From IMG/VR virus record IMGVR_UViG_641522650_000003: DNA of 51,299 nucleotides, one strand, 5' to 3'. The DNA is from a virus (taxonomy: Duplodnaviria; Heunggongvirae; Uroviricota; Caudoviricetes). Both the position numbers and the translations under genes were made by a program. The notes beneath the pieces were generated by a model, which did not search any database, was not told the origin of the DNA, and saw nothing but the letters and a program-made list of their open reading frames with translations. How positions within the stretch are numbered: position 1 is the first letter of the stretch; every line of letters starts with the position of its first letter. This document shows positions 20,385 to 31,334 of this stretch, in pieces.

Positions 20385-20930
20385 ATGAATATTAGTGAAC
20401 TTAAAAAGTGCATACACTATGAAGTAATAGGTTGTAAACGCCCTTTCTCCTGGCGAAAAGCAATTGTTCGCGCAATAAAACACAGAAGATCACGTTATTT
20501 ATTTTGGTGGCGCATAGCAAAATATCTTTTTGATAAAGGCGGATACCGGCGAAAGATTGCAGGAAAAATAGAACGCTTCATTCTTGATAAATACAATGTA
20601 ACCGTTCCCTTAACTGTAAATATTGGTAAAGGGTTCGACATATCTTATCTCAATGGCGTTGTTATCGGTCACAAAGTTACAATAGGTGAAAATTGTTCAA
20701 TTAAGCCTGGGGTAACTATTGGACTTCGCGGTGAATTTAATGATATGGATATTGTCATAGGAAATAATGTAACCATTGGCTGTAACGCCACCATCCTTGG
20801 TGGCAAAGTGCATATAGGGAATAATGTAAAAATAGGAGCTCATGCATTGGTACTGCATGACATTCCTGATGACTCCACATTCATTACCAAATTTCACTCT
20901 GAAATTATTTATAATTCATCTCACACATAA
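20385..20930 (+). CDS. Hexapeptide-repeat (left-handed beta-helix) acetyltransferase, CysE/WcaB-like; prophage moron
   Basis: 181-aa ORF with repeated [LIV]-G-x-x-x-x-I hexapeptides (VVIGHKVTIGENCSIKPGVTIG...IGNNVTIGCNATILGGKVHIGNNVKIGAHALV); markedly low-GC segment; convergent with tfa. Confidence 0.75.
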   Translation: MNISELKKCIHYEVIGCKRPFSWRKAIVRAIKHRRSRYLFWWRIAKYLFDKGGYRRKIAGKIERFILDKYNVTVPLTVNIGKGFDISYLNGVVIGHKVTIGENCSIKPGVTIGLRGEFNDMDIVIGNNVTIGCNATILGGKVHIGNNVKIGAHALVLHDIPDDSTFITKFHSEIIYNSSHT

Positions 20931-20940
20931 TTCCGTTTAA

Positions 20941-21513
20941 TCACAGCTCAGGCCATACGATATCCGGGGCTGTATTTATATCAATCCGACTCACTAATAC
21001 CCGGTATTTTTTCCAGGAAGATAGCATCGAAACCTCCTCATCAGTTGCCATTTCAAAATTAATAGCATCCTGCAGAATTGTTATGTTATCAGTCGCTTCC
21101 TGGATTAATCTTGTCTTTTTCTCTTCCGCCTCCCGGATCCGGAAGAGTTTTTCTGCTTCCGTATCCTTCACCCAGGCTGTGCCGTTCCACTTCTGAAACT
21201 CCCCTTCCGGGGATAACCAAGTGACATTTCCCGGTAATGAGCCGAGTTCAGAAATAAATAACGCGTCGCCGGAAGCCACGTCATAAACCGTTTTACCCCG
21301 ATGATCTTCAACGAGATGCCACGATGCCTCATCACTGTTGAAAACAGCCACAAAGCCAGCAGGAATATCTGGTGGTGCAATATCGGTACTGTTTGCTGGC
21401 AGACCTGTATGAGGCGGAATATATGCGTCACCTTCACCAATAAATTCATTAGTTCCGGCCAGCAGATTATAAATTTTTATGGTCCGTGCTTGTTCACTCA
21501 TTCTGAATGCCAT
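20941..21513 (-). CDS. tfa: Tail fibre assembly protein
   Basis: 190-aa ORF immediately downstream of stf with the family-typical conserved C-terminus (...[32 protein letters not shown]). Confidence 0.85.
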   Translation of the reverse strand: MAFRMSEQARTIKIYNLLAGTNEFIGEGDAYIPPHTGLPANSTDIAPPDIPAGFVAVFNSDEASWHLVEDHRGKTVYDVASGDALFISELGSLPGNVTWLSPEGEFQKWNGTAWVKDTEAEKLFRIREAEEKKTRLIQEATDNITILQDAINFEMATDEEVSMLSSWKKYRVLVSRIDINTAPDIVWPEL

Positions 21514-22879
21514 TATGCAAGCCTCACAATATAGTTAAATGCGATGTTTTTGACGGTGTTTTCCGCGTTACCCGCAGCGTTAACGGTGATGGTGTGTCCA
21601 TGTGAACCAATCGCAACGGAGTGCGTATGCGCACCAATACCTACAGTATGTGCATGTGCGCCAGAACTTGCTGCAGTACCAGACAGCGAGTGGGTATGAG
21701 CACCTGCTGACTGTGTCTGAATACGTTGATAATACGATCTACGGGAAGAAGTCCCCGGGCTTACTTGATACTGTGAATTCTGGACATAAGTGAACCCACC
21801 GCCATCATAAAATGCTAACGCAGAACCGCCGCCTCTTGGCCAACGAATACCATTACCATGAGTATGAACACCGGCAGACCCCGTAGAGCCACTCAGACTG
21901 TGCGTATGCGCCCCGGTGTTATTCGTGGATTTAGTGCCGTAATCAAACGACGATGTGGTTTTCGTCCCCAAATCCGTACTGGATGCGCTGGCGCTGTGGG
22001 TGTGCGATTTAATGCCGTCCTGTTCCTGAGACAATACGGCCCGACCACTGGCAGGTTTGCCCTTAATCGTCCAGCCACGCATATCAGGGATCACGCCTGA
22101 CGGATAAGCGGCTGCAAGTTTCGGGTAAGCAGATTTGTCAAAAGTCTGCCCCTGCATCAGGGCATAACCAGACGGAACGGTATCTGATGGCCACGGGATT
22201 GGTGCGCCGACTGGGTAGCTTTCTGGTGGAAGATTTTTCGAGGTATAAACTTCTGCCCAGCCTTCCTCAAAACCATAACCGTCTCTTGAAGAACGGTAGA
22301 ACAGACCACCATTTCTGTAATGCGCCTTCATCTGCAGGGTCCGGCAACTTCCGACTCCGGTATAGAAGTTAACCAGAATATAGCTGTCGCCAGAGCGGGT
22401 GACATTGTAAGCGCCTGATTCGGCATTCCAGGGAACGGCTCCATCCGAATCCGCATAAGCCCCCGTCGAACGTCGGGCAAATGCACCAATATTTTCCGGC
22501 GTGAGGTTAATATCCGCCGAGCCATCAAACTTAACACCGTTAATTTTTGGGGCTGCCGCAAGTTTCGTCGCGGTATCGGCGTTCCCCTTCAGTGCCCCGG
22601 TGATCCCATCAGTAACAAACAACGGACCTGAAATAGTCCCTCCAGTCGTTGGCAGCGCTCCAATATCTGATGGTGTAGGTTTCTGATGTGAGCTATACAT
22701 CGTATAAACAACACCATAGGTAACGCTGGAAGGCTTACTCGCTGAATATGTTGGCGAGGTATAAACAGAAACTGACGCATTTGCAGTACAATCCCAATGG
22801 ATATTTACACTCGTCGCATAATTGGGTGATGCTGCCAACTTACTGATTTAGTGTATGATGGTGTTTTTGAGGTGCTCCA

Positions 22880-23155
22880 GTGGCTTCTGTTTCTATCAGC
22901 TGTCCCTCCTGTTCAGCTACTGACGGGGTGGTGCGTAACGGCAAAAGCACTGCCGGACATCAGCGCTATCTCTGCTCTCACTGCCGTAAAACATGGCAAC
23001 TGCAGTTCACTTACACCGCTTCTCAACCCGGTACGCACCAGAAAATTATTGATATGGCCATGAATGGCGTTGGATGCCGGGCAACTGCACGCATTATGGG
23101 CGTTAGCCTCAACACGATTTTACGTCACTTAAAAAACTCAGGCCGCAGTCGGTAA
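22880..23155 (+). CDS. insA: IS1 InsA
   Basis: Identical InsA sequence. Confidence 0.9.
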   Translation: MASVSISCPSCSATDGVVRNGKSTAGHQRYLCSHCRKTWQLQFTYTASQPGTHQKIIDMAMNGVGCRATARIMGVSLNTILRHLKNSGRSR

Positions 23156-23199
23156 CCTCGCGCATACAGCCGGGCAGTGACGTCATCGTCTGCGCGGAA

Positions 23200-23577
23200 A
23201 TGGACGAACAGTGGGGATACGTCGGGGCTAAATCGCGCCAGCGCTGGCTGTTTTACGCGTATGACAGGCTCCGGAAGACGGTTGTTGCGCACGTATTCGG
23301 TGAACGCACTATGGCGACGCAGGGGCGTCTTATGAGCTTGCTGTCACCCTTTGACGTGGTGATATGGATGACGGATGGCTGGCCACTGTATGAATCCCGC
23401 CTGAAGGGAAAGCTGCACGTAATCAGCAAGCGATATACGCAGCGAATTGAGCGGCATAACCTGAATCTGAGGCAGCACCTGGCACGGCTGGGACGGAAGT
23501 CGCTGTCGTTCTCAAAATCGGTGGAGCTGCATGACAAAGTCATCGGGCATTATCTGAACATAAAACACTATCAATAA
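23200..23577 (+). CDS. insB: IS1 InsB (L41Q variant)
   Basis: InsB with ...TMATQGRLM... where the other copies have TMATLGRLM. Confidence 0.9.
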   Translation: MDEQWGYVGAKSRQRWLFYAYDRLRKTVVAHVFGERTMATQGRLMSLLSPFDVVIWMTDGWPLYESRLKGKLHVISKRYTQRIERHNLNLRQHLARLGRKSLSFSKSVELHDKVIGHYLNIKHYQ

Positions 23578-25611
23578 GTTGGAGTCATTACCGCATAATT
23601 GCCAATCTCAACGTAAATATCATATGTATCGCCGGATGTGTTGATCCAGGCGAAATTCGTTAATCCGACGGCTGTACGCTTCCACAAAGCCCCGGTAATT
23701 CCTTTGGGGTTTCCATTGCCTGCTCGTAGAACCAGTTCTGAAATGCCTGCCTGATGTGGGGAACCGACGTTGTAACCAGCGCCACCAATCAATGCGATGT
23801 AAACGATGGAACTCGCTTGTGGCATGGTAACCGTAGCCAGTTTGAACCACCCAGCCCCGCCAGAGAAAGACATCGTTACTGAATTTAAAGTACCAATATC
23901 TTTCGGCGTTAATGTTATATCCGCAGTCAATGCTTTTCCGTTAACTTTTCGGTTAGATGGCACCCTGCTATTCGCATTGTCATTGGCTGCTTTAACTGCT
24001 TTTGGCGTTGCGGCCAGCGATTCACTGGTGCTATCAACAGCACTGCTAAGTTTCACAACACCTTTAGTTGTAAGGCTTGCGTCTTCCATCGCAACTGCAC
24101 CGGCAATCTCTTCAGCACGATCAGCAGCAGCTTCCGCACGGGTCGCAGCGGATTCAGCAGTAGTTTTGCTCTGAGATGCTGCCGTCGCACTGCCTGCCGC
24201 CTCTGTTGCCTTCGTGGATGCCGTCGTGGCGCTGCTCTTCGCTGCTGACGCTTGTCTGGTCGCCTCATCTTTTGAAGCAGACGCCGATGATGCCGATGAC
24301 GCCGCCGAACTGGCGGACGATGCGGCAGCCGTTTTTGAGGATTCTGCGCTGGTTTCCGACGCTTTCGCGTTCGTTTCGGATGTCTTCGCTGCGGAAGCAG
24401 ACCTCGCTGCTGCGCTGGCCTGTTCAGTGGCTTCGCCAGCCTTCGTTGTGGCTGTTGAAGCAGACGATGCGGAGCTTTCTGCCGATTTTCCGGCGGCGGT
24501 GGCACTGGCTGAGGCCTGCCCGGCACTTGTTGACGCTGCACTGGCAGACGACGCAGCCGCTGTTTTTGAGCCTGCCGCAGCTGAGGCACTCTGTTCCGCT
24601 GCCGTTTCAGAAGACCTGGCGTTTGTCTCAGACGTTTTTGCCGCCTTCGCAGAATTTGCTGCCGCCGTTGCCGAGGAAGCTGCGCTGCTGGCGCTCGAGG
24701 CTGCGTTCGTTTCTGATGATTTTGCCGCCTCTTTTGAAGCCGACGCATCCCGTGCTGAAGTGGCTGCTTCTGACGCTTTCGTGGTCGCGGTGGATGCAGA
24801 AGTGGCTGCTGATTGTTGTGACGCTGCCGCATTCGTTTCTGACGTTTTCGCCGCACCGGCACTGGTAGCCGCCGCGCTTTTTGAGGACTCTGCAGCGGCA
24901 GCACTTTTTAATGCTTCAGTGGCCTTTGTTGATGCCGTTCCTGCGCTGGAAGACGCTGACTGAGCCGACGACGCGGCCTGTCCGGCTGACGTGCTGGCGG
25001 CACGTGCTGAGGCTGCAGCATCGGTTGCATGAGTTGCCGCCTCGCTGGCTGATGCACTGGCATCGCTGGCTGATTTTTTCGCGGCTGCCGTATTCTGTGC
25101 AACCGCGGAGGCGTTACGTGACACCTCTTCCACCATCTGCTCAAAGCGGCGCAGTGCCTCCGGTCGGACATCATCCTCCGTCATGGCACCGAGAAAATCA
25201 TTCAGCGTACCTGGTCTGGAACCTTCATAGACGGTAATGGTCCCGGCATGTGAAGGCGGAAAACCTTCAACCAGCAGGGTGACGCTGTACTGACCATGCT
25301 CAACATCCATGCTGTAACGTCCGGCTTCATCCGGATTTTCAGAGGCCACCGTGTTCACCACCACCGTGCTGCTGGTTCGTCTGGCCTTCAGCACAATGGT
25401 GCAGTTCTGTACTGGTTTTCCTGTGCCATCTTTAAGCACGCCAGAAATTTTTACTGTCATACTTTTCCACCAATAAAAAAAGCCCGCAGCAGTGACGCCA
25501 CGGGCTTCAGGACAGTGTAACTTTACGTTTCCTCAAACGCAGTTCACCCCATAAAGTGGATGAACCTGCGTATCATAACAATATTTACAGAAGATAAATC
25601 GGCGTCTGTTG

Positions 25612-26211
25612 TCAGAAACGGTATCCGATACCAACAATAAATGCATCCGTTCGCCAGTCGCCACTACCGGAACCTTCATAAGCAAGGTCAACGGCCACGG
25701 ATTCGGTCGGGTTAAACTGCACGCCAGCCCCCCACGCCAGAGAGGTATTGCTGTGGCGACCGTCATCACTTCCGGTCAGCACGTCGTGCGTTTTCCCCTT
25801 GTTGTCAGTTACGCGGAGATAATCCCCGGAGAAAGTCGACACACGGCTGTAAGCCACACCCGCCATCGCATACGCGCTGAACCATTCATTCACGCGTACA
25901 GACGGCCCCGCCATCACGCTGAACCAGCGGTTACGCACGGAATCTTCATGCCAGCGGGTATCGCTGTAGCGCGTTTTTTGCTCATCCTCAGCATTGGCAT
26001 AACTGAAGGACGTAATCAGCCCCAGCGCGTCCGTAAACTCATAACGGTATTTCACGTTAATCCCGTTCAGATCATCACTACCGGGAACGTTCGTCGAGGC
26101 ATGGAGATACCCCGCGCTCAGCGTGGACTGATGTTCTGCTGCACTCGCTGGCGTAGCAGCGGCGACCTGCCAGACTACTGCGGACAAAATAACAGCACAT
26201 AATTTACGCAT
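25612..26211 (-). CDS. lom: Lom-like outer-membrane protein (Ail/Lom family)
   Basis: 199-aa ORF with signal peptide, beta-barrel pattern and C-terminal ...GIGYRF; located after J as in lambda. Confidence 0.85.
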   Translation of the reverse strand: MRKLCAVILSAVVWQVAAATPASAAEHQSTLSAGYLHASTNVPGSDDLNGINVKYRYEFTDALGLITSFSYANAEDEQKTRYSDTRWHEDSVRNRWFSVMAGPSVRVNEWFSAYAMAGVAYSRVSTFSGDYLRVTDNKGKTHDVLTGSDDGRHSNTSLAWGAGVQFNPTESVAVDLAYEGSGSGDWRTDAFIVGIGYRF

Positions 26212-26234
26212 AATTACCTCTCGCTTTTCTGCAA

Positions 26235-26259
26235 TAAAAAAGGCGCCATTTCTGGCGCC
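26235..26259 (-). terminator. Rho-independent terminator after J
   Basis: Stem ggcgcca/tggcgcc followed by TTTTTT on the minus strand. Confidence 0.6.
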
Positions 26260-26278
26260 CGTATCTGGGTTATAAAAT

Positions 26279-29200
26279 TCAGCTAATCGTGATGCCTGCA
26301 GTGGCTTTCTTCATCACCACAACCAGCAAATCGCTGATACTTGCTGTGGGATACCAGTTATTTACCAGCCATGCTGACACCGAAAACTCCAGTGTCATGT
26401 GACCGTGACCGGCAGGCATATCAATAACACCACTGTAAATCAGCGTATTATCCAGCGCGGTACGGTTATAAATTTCAGCACCGTTTTTCCGCACTATCAG
26501 ACGGCATGAGGAGTAAATATCAGTATGCTCTTTCTCATGTTTAGCGCCGCTGAATGCCACCGCCGGAATAACAATCTGCCGGTCAAACGGCTGATCGTCA
26601 TAAACCCTGACGGTAATGGTTCCTGATGGCCACCGCTCTGGTGCACGGGAGTCCCGGGGGAAAGCTTTGCCCACTGTTTTAACGAGATCGCCTTCAATCT
26701 GGTTCGCGGACAATTTTCCCAGAACCCGACAGTTCTCGTTAATAGTGACGTTGTTGAGCGTCCCGGAGTTCGCATTCACGTTACCGCTGATATCGGCATT
26801 TTTCGCCGTCAGCCGCCCGTCCGGTGTCAGGGAAAATGCCGGAGGATTACCGCCGCTGGTAATGGTGGGAGCCGTCAGATATTTCAGGAACACTTCATTC
26901 ATAAATATCTGATCGCCCTGACCAACAAACATCGGCTTTGTGTTGCCATTCGCAGGATTAATCATCGCAATCCTGTCTGCCGCCAGCAGCACCTGACTCT
27001 GCATTCCTGCTGGCGTATTCTCAATACCGGCACCGATACCCGCAATATAAAGGCGTCCGTCCTGCATCTGCTGCAGTTTCACGGCCCACATGCTGTTCAG
27101 GTTATTATTTGTATCAACCTGAACTTTCTGTATCTGCTGGATTGCCGCACTCTGATTTTCCAGTTTTTTATTGACGGTCTGCGTGATTTCATTGCTGACA
27201 TTCGTAATGGACGTCCTGATTTCAGCCAGGTCCGGTGCAAGCTGACCGTTATCAATCTGCGTCCACAGCTCCTGGGCCAGATGTGTTTTCCCGATTTCTC
27301 CTTTGAAAAAATCCAGGTAACCTTCCACATCATCGCTCGCCCGACCGACAGCCTCCACGAATGCCGATTTGCCAACAGTATTCACACTGCGGATATAAAA
27401 ATAATAATCATGGCCCGGTTTGATATTGATACTGGCAGCTATCCAGTACAGCGCCGAGCCAAGATAGCGGGCTGCGGTTTCAACCTGCCTGATATCCGCA
27501 ATCCGCTTTTCCGAGAACCAGAACTCAAACTGTACCGTCGGGTCATAAACGGCAAGATGTGGCGTTGCGGTTATCTGAAAATAGCCCGGCGTCAGCTCAA
27601 TCCGCGACGGTGCTGCCGGTGCGGCAATCCGGAAGGTGGTGGTGGCCGGTTCGCCCTGCTGGCCATAACTGTTAATTGCCCTGACTGTCAGGGTGTATTC
27701 CCCGAGCGGCAGACCACTGAAACGATGCTCTGTATCCGCAGTGATAGCGGTGGTCACCAGACGGCTGTCTTCTCCGCTTCCGCTGGTCAGTCGCAGACTG
27801 AAGCGCACCCCCTTCACCACCCGCGGCGTGTCCCATTTCGCCTGTGCCAGATACTGGCCGTCAGCTGCGCTCACCTCCACCGTCAGGTGCTGCACTGCCG
27901 GTGGGATGACGCTGTTCAGGGAGCCTGACTGCGGCTCAAAGCGGGCACCGTTATCCACGATGGCTTCTTTTTCCGGTACGTGCTGCACCGCCGTGATGGC
28001 AAAGGTGCCGTCCGTGTTTTCCCGGACGGAGACACAGCGGAACAGGCGACGGCGCAGTGACGGCAGGGAGAGTCCCCACACCCCGTATGTCTCCACACCA
28101 TCAGGCAGGGTACTGACCTGTATCCGGTCCGGCGCGGGGTGTGCGGTGATGTCCACACTCACCGGCTTACCGCTGCCGTTAATCAGGTTCACCGCCGATG
28201 TACCTGTCTCCGGCAGGGTAACCTCACGGTCCAGCGTCAGGGTGCGGGTGGCAGCATCAATGGACAGGACACGTCCACCGGTCAGGGTCCCGGCATAGTC
28301 ATTATCACAGATTTCAATAATGTCACCGGGTGTGTGCCGCAGCCCCTGAGACCCGAGCGTGAAGTCCACCGTCTGCGTTTCCAGCAGTTCGGTCTTTATC
28401 ACCCACAGTCCGGCACGGTGGGCCTGACCGCGGCTGGTACAGCCGAACGCGTCCATCTTCAGCAGATTGCGCCCGTAGCGCAGTATGGCTTCCGGGTCTT
28501 CCACCAGTTCCGTGGAGGTCTGCCAGCCGTTCTGCGGGTCGGTGTAATTCACCTCCACCGCCGTGTGCCGGTCCTTCAGGGCACTGAAGCTGTAGCGGAA
28601 CCCCACGCCGTTATCATCCACCACCACATCGCTGTTGGTGTACGGCCACACCACATCCGACAGGCGGTCCTGAACAAACGTCAGCATCTGGCCGTTCCAT
28701 ACCGGCATACAGCGCATCGCAGAGCAGAAATCACTGAGAACGTCCCACGCCTTACGCTGTTGTGCCAGGTACGCATTAAAGGTCATCCGCGGCTCGGTCC
28801 CCCCGAAACCATCCGGGACCGTCTGGTCGCAGTACTGCCCGATGGCATACAGCGCCCACTTGTCCACATCCGCCGCCCCCAGACGTTTTCCCATGCCGTA
28901 GCGCGGGTGAGTCAGCATGTCCCACAGGCACCAGGCCGGGTTGTTGCTGTATGCCGGTTTCAGACTGCCGTCCCAGATACCACTGTACGTGCGTTTTTCC
29001 GGGTCATAGTTTGACGGCACCTGGATGATGCGACCGCGGATATGGTAGTTCACCGTCATCTGCTGACCACCAAACTGCTCCGCATCCACCTGCATCCCCA
29101 CAATGGCCGTGTTCGGGTAGCACTGTTTCACATCGATGATTTCGGTGTATGACGACCACAGCGTTCTGTTCTGCAGCTGGTCCGTGGTGCTGTCCGCCGT

Positions 29201-29752
29201 CTCCCTGACCATCCGGATGTTAAAGGGGCGGGGAGGCAGATTATCCAGAATCACCGAGGCCAGGAACTGTGAGGTGGTCTTGCCGTTAATGGTGACGTCC
29301 TTTTCCGTCACCCAGCGGCCATTACGCTGTAACTGAATCAGAATCCGGACAGAGGAAGGATTACGGTCGCCCTTTGACGTGGTCTGCACCAGTGACTGCA
29401 CCCCGAAGGTAACCCGCAGGCGGTCAATGTTCGCGGACGTAATGGTGCGCGTCACCGGTTTTGCCTTCGTCACTTCCACGCCCAGTCCGGTTTCAGCTCC
29501 GGAGGACTCAAAGCCTTCCGGTGGTGTCTGCTCCTGCTCCCCGGCACGCCAGACCGCGGTCACACCGTGTATCACGGGATTGCCGTCCGTGTCCGTCAGT
29601 GGGGTTTTGTTCACCAGAATACTCTGCAGTCCCTTCACCGGACCTTCTATCGGTCCCTCACCAATCGCATCAATCACACTCATCATCTGCGTGGATTTGA
29701 GATTATCCTTCGCCTCACGAGGCGTGTGTGCCTTACCGCCACCTTTTCCCAT
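26279..29752 (-). CDS. J: Tail tip host-specificity protein J
   Basis: 1157 aa from [22 protein letters not shown]..., near-collinear with lambda J by recall; the listed ORF has a 71-codon leader before this Met. Confidence 0.9.
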   Translation of the reverse strand: MGKGGGKAHTPREAKDNLKSTQMMSVIDAIGEGPIEGPVKGLQSILVNKTPLTDTDGNPVIHGVTAVWRAGEQEQTPPEGFESSGAETGLGVEVTKAKPVTRTITSANIDRLRVTFGVQSLVQTTSKGDRNPSSVRILIQLQRNGRWVTEKDVTINGKTTSQFLASVILDNLPPRPFNIRMVRETADSTTDQLQNRTLWSSYTEIIDVKQCYPNTAIVGMQVDAEQFGGQQMTVNYHIRGRIIQVPSNYDPEKRTYSGIWDGSLKPAYSNNPAWCLWDMLTHPRYGMGKRLGAADVDKWALYAIGQYCDQTVPDGFGGTEPRMTFNAYLAQQRKAWDVLSDFCSAMRCMPVWNGQMLTFVQDRLSDVVWPYTNSDVVVDDNGVGFRYSFSALKDRHTAVEVNYTDPQNGWQTSTELVEDPEAILRYGRNLLKMDAFGCTSRGQAHRAGLWVIKTELLETQTVDFTLGSQGLRHTPGDIIEICDNDYAGTLTGGRVLSIDAATRTLTLDREVTLPETGTSAVNLINGSGKPVSVDITAHPAPDRIQVSTLPDGVETYGVWGLSLPSLRRRLFRCVSVRENTDGTFAITAVQHVPEKEAIVDNGARFEPQSGSLNSVIPPAVQHLTVEVSAADGQYLAQAKWDTPRVVKGVRFSLRLTSGSGEDSRLVTTAITADTEHRFSGLPLGEYTLTVRAINSYGQQGEPATTTFRIAAPAAPSRIELTPGYFQITATPHLAVYDPTVQFEFWFSEKRIADIRQVETAARYLGSALYWIAASINIKPGHDYYFYIRSVNTVGKSAFVEAVGRASDDVEGYLDFFKGEIGKTHLAQELWTQIDNGQLAPDLAEIRTSITNVSNEITQTVNKKLENQSAAIQQIQKVQVDTNNNLNSMWAVKLQQMQDGRLYIAGIGAGIENTPAGMQSQVLLAADRIAMINPANGNTKPMFVGQGDQIFMNEVFLKYLTAPTITSGGNPPAFSLTPDGRLTAKNADISGNVNANSGTLNNVTINENCRVLGKLSANQIEGDLVKTVGKAFPRDSRAPERWPSGTITVRVYDDQPFDRQIVIPAVAFSGAKHEKEHTDIYSSCRLIVRKNGAEIYNRTALDNTLIYSGVIDMPAGHGHMTLEFSVSAWLVNNWYPTASISDLLVVVMKKATAGITIS

Positions 29753-29852
29753 ACAGCCTTCCCCTGAATAAATTAACCGCCACTTGCCATTCCGTACAGA
29801 AGTCGGATATCCTTCGCCCGAAAAGCATGAAACACATTTCTGCCATGCTAAA

Positions 29853-29888
29853 GAAAACCCCGGTATCAGCAGATACCGGGGTTTTCTT
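29853..29888. terminator. Bidirectional rho-independent terminator in the I-J intergenic region
   Basis: Perfect 10-bp stem ccccggtatc-agca-gataccgggg with A-run upstream and TTTTCTTT downstream. Confidence 0.6.
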
Positions 29889-30045
29889 TCATGCCCACCG
29901 ATAATCCTGTTGGTTAAAACCGGTAATGGCATAAAAATTCTGAATATCTTCACATTTTCACACACTGACTGTGGCGCTTATAATTTCGCTGCGTTAGTGT
30001 TTTTTTGCCCGAGTAACAAAAACAACTCCTTCACATTGATCTTCA

Positions 30046-30080
30046 TTTGTCTGTCCCCGCAGCTCCGCGATCACTGCGGG
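30046..30080 (+). terminator. Plus-strand rho-independent terminator in the I-J intergenic region
   Basis: cccgcag-ctccgcgatca-ctgcggg followed by ATTTTTTTA. Confidence 0.55.
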
Positions 30081-30093
30081 ATTTTTTTATGTT

Positions 30094-30765
30094 TTATCCC
30101 TGTCGCCCGATAACCACGACCTTTCCGCCCCCGCCTTCATCACGGGTGCTGATGTCCTGGGATATACGGCGGGAGCCAACCAGCATTTCCCCGTAAGGCA
30201 CCGGCATCGGGTTCCCCTGGGCAATCATGTTATCCAGCGAGGAAAAGTACGTGTTCTGTCTGCCGTTATCCGTTGCGCGGTAATCCGGTGTTTTTGCCTT
30301 CGGGGCCAGCATCTGGGCCACACCGCCCAGAATCATGCTGGCTCCAAGTGAAAACAGCATCGTGGTGGCAGAAAAACCACCGGCTGCCAGGGCTGAACCC
30401 CATAACGCCATTGATGCCCCGGCAGTGAAGAAAGAGCCCACGATGGCTGCCGCCCCCAACACAATCTGCAGTCCACCCTTTCCGGCCCCGGCCAGTCGCG
30501 GCACAATGTGGATGACCGTTCCCTCACCCAGCTGTTCGTGAAGACGGGCATACACCGCCTCCGGTGCCGTGTCATCACCGGCAATACGTATCTGGTACCA
30601 GCCTTCGTTCATCTGACGGCGAAAGCCCGGCATCTGCATCGACAGGGCGCGAATGGCTTCCGCTGCCGTGTTCACATACAGGCTGAGGCGGCGGCCAAAT
30701 CGTTGCAAATCCCCGTGAAGGCAGATGGTGAAGCAGCTCACCGTTGCCGCAGTAAATGGTGGCAT
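30094..30765 (-). CDS. I: Tail assembly protein I
   Basis: 223 aa from MPPFTAATVSCFTICLHGDLQRFGRRL...; start chosen by alignment to lambda I (recall). Overlaps the 3' end of K. Confidence 0.75.
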   Translation of the reverse strand: MPPFTAATVSCFTICLHGDLQRFGRRLSLYVNTAAEAIRALSMQMPGFRRQMNEGWYQIRIAGDDTAPEAVYARLHEQLGEGTVIHIVPRLAGAGKGGLQIVLGAAAIVGSFFTAGASMALWGSALAAGGFSATTMLFSLGASMILGGVAQMLAPKAKTPDYRATDNGRQNTYFSSLDNMIAQGNPMPVPYGEMLVGSRRISQDISTRDEGGGGKVVVIGRQG

Positions 30766-31324
30766 GGTTCGGTACCGAAGCACCAAAGCAGCACAGCAGA
30801 ATATCGCCCGGCTGTGCAGAGGACAGGGGCACCCGGTAAAAGCCGGTGACCGCCATATTGTCCAGGTACAGGTTCTGGCCGTTGCGCCACCAGTCATCCT
30901 CGCGATGAAAATCCGGCATATCAATTCCCGCCAGATGGTATGCATCCCGGAACAGCGTGTAACAGTCCGTCACCCCGTGCTCAAAGCGCCGTCCTGTCAG
31001 ATGTGGCACACAGCGGAATTTATGAATTTCCCCCCGGCAGACCAGCCACCAGGGCAGTGCGCTTTTTATCTGCAGCCGCCGGTCAGCCTCGCTCAGCCAG
31101 GGCAGCTCACCGGGATGACTGTGGACCAGTGCCACAATCTCCCCCTGCATCTCTGCCCGCAGCCAGTCTTCCGGTGCGATACGAAAATACGCCTCCGGCT
31201 CTGCAGAAATATTCACACAAGGGATATACCGCTCCCCCTCCGGCGTGCTTATCACGAAGCCGCACGACTCCGCAGGCGCACACCGCCGGGCATGCGCCAG
31301 AATCGCTGATTCAGTCTGTGTCAT
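30575..31324 (-). CDS. K: Tail assembly protein K (NlpC/P60-like)
   Basis: Starts MTQTESAILAHARRCAPAESCGFV... with the conserved Cys/His; 3' end as given by the ORF and overlapping I. The true stop was not verified. Confidence 0.75.
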   Translation of the reverse strand: MTQTESAILAHARRCAPAESCGFVISTPEGERYIPCVNISAEPEAYFRIAPEDWLRAEMQGEIVALVHSHPGELPWLSEADRRLQIKSALPWWLVCRGEIHKFRCVPHLTGRRFEHGVTDCYTLFRDAYHLAGIDMPDFHREDDWWRNGQNLYLDNMAVTGFYRVPLSSAQPGDILLCCFGASVPNHATIYCGNGELLHHLPSRGFATIWPPPQPVCEHGSGSHSRPVDADAGLSPSDERRLVPDTYCR

Positions 31325-31334
31325 AAACCGGGAT

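Larger units (their letters stand above)
22825..23592 (+). mobile_element. IS1 copy 4 (768 bp); 9-bp TSD GCATAATTG
   Basis: Canonical IS1 ends; GCATAATTG at 22816-22824 and 23593-23601. Its InsB carries one substitution (L to Q) relative to the other copies. Confidence 0.95.
21513..25460 (-). pseudogene. stf: Side tail fibre gene stf interrupted by IS1 copy 4 (N-part 23593-25460, C-part 21513-22824)
   Basis: N-part starts MTVKISGVLKDGTGKPVQNC and carries a long Ala/Ser/Thr-rich repetitive region; C-part carries the His-rich HTHS repeat receptor-binding region. IS1 lies between them. Confidence 0.85.

Noticed and set aside
20231..20413. 60-aa minus-strand ORF between dinI and the acetyltransferase
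   Set aside because: It is in a different frame from the invertase homology and translates to low-complexity sequence; the real signal is the invertase C-terminal remnant in the adjacent frame.
24053..24963. Long overlapping ORFs in three frames on both strands (283, 230, 249 aa)
   Set aside because: They lie entirely within the GC-rich, repetitive Ala/Ser/Thr region of stf; the stop-poor composition generates spurious ORFs, and the Arg/Pro-rich or Ala/Asp-rich translations are compositional artefacts.
26616..29771. Multiple plus-strand ORFs (98-291 aa) antisense to J
   Set aside because: No start or RBS context and Arg/Cys-rich low-complexity translations; they are fully covered by the well-supported J gene on the opposite strand.
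29784..30113. 109-aa plus-strand ORF in the I-J intergenic region
   Set aside because: It reads through two terminator hairpins and has hydrophobic, low-complexity sequence; the region is better explained as a non-coding transcription unit.
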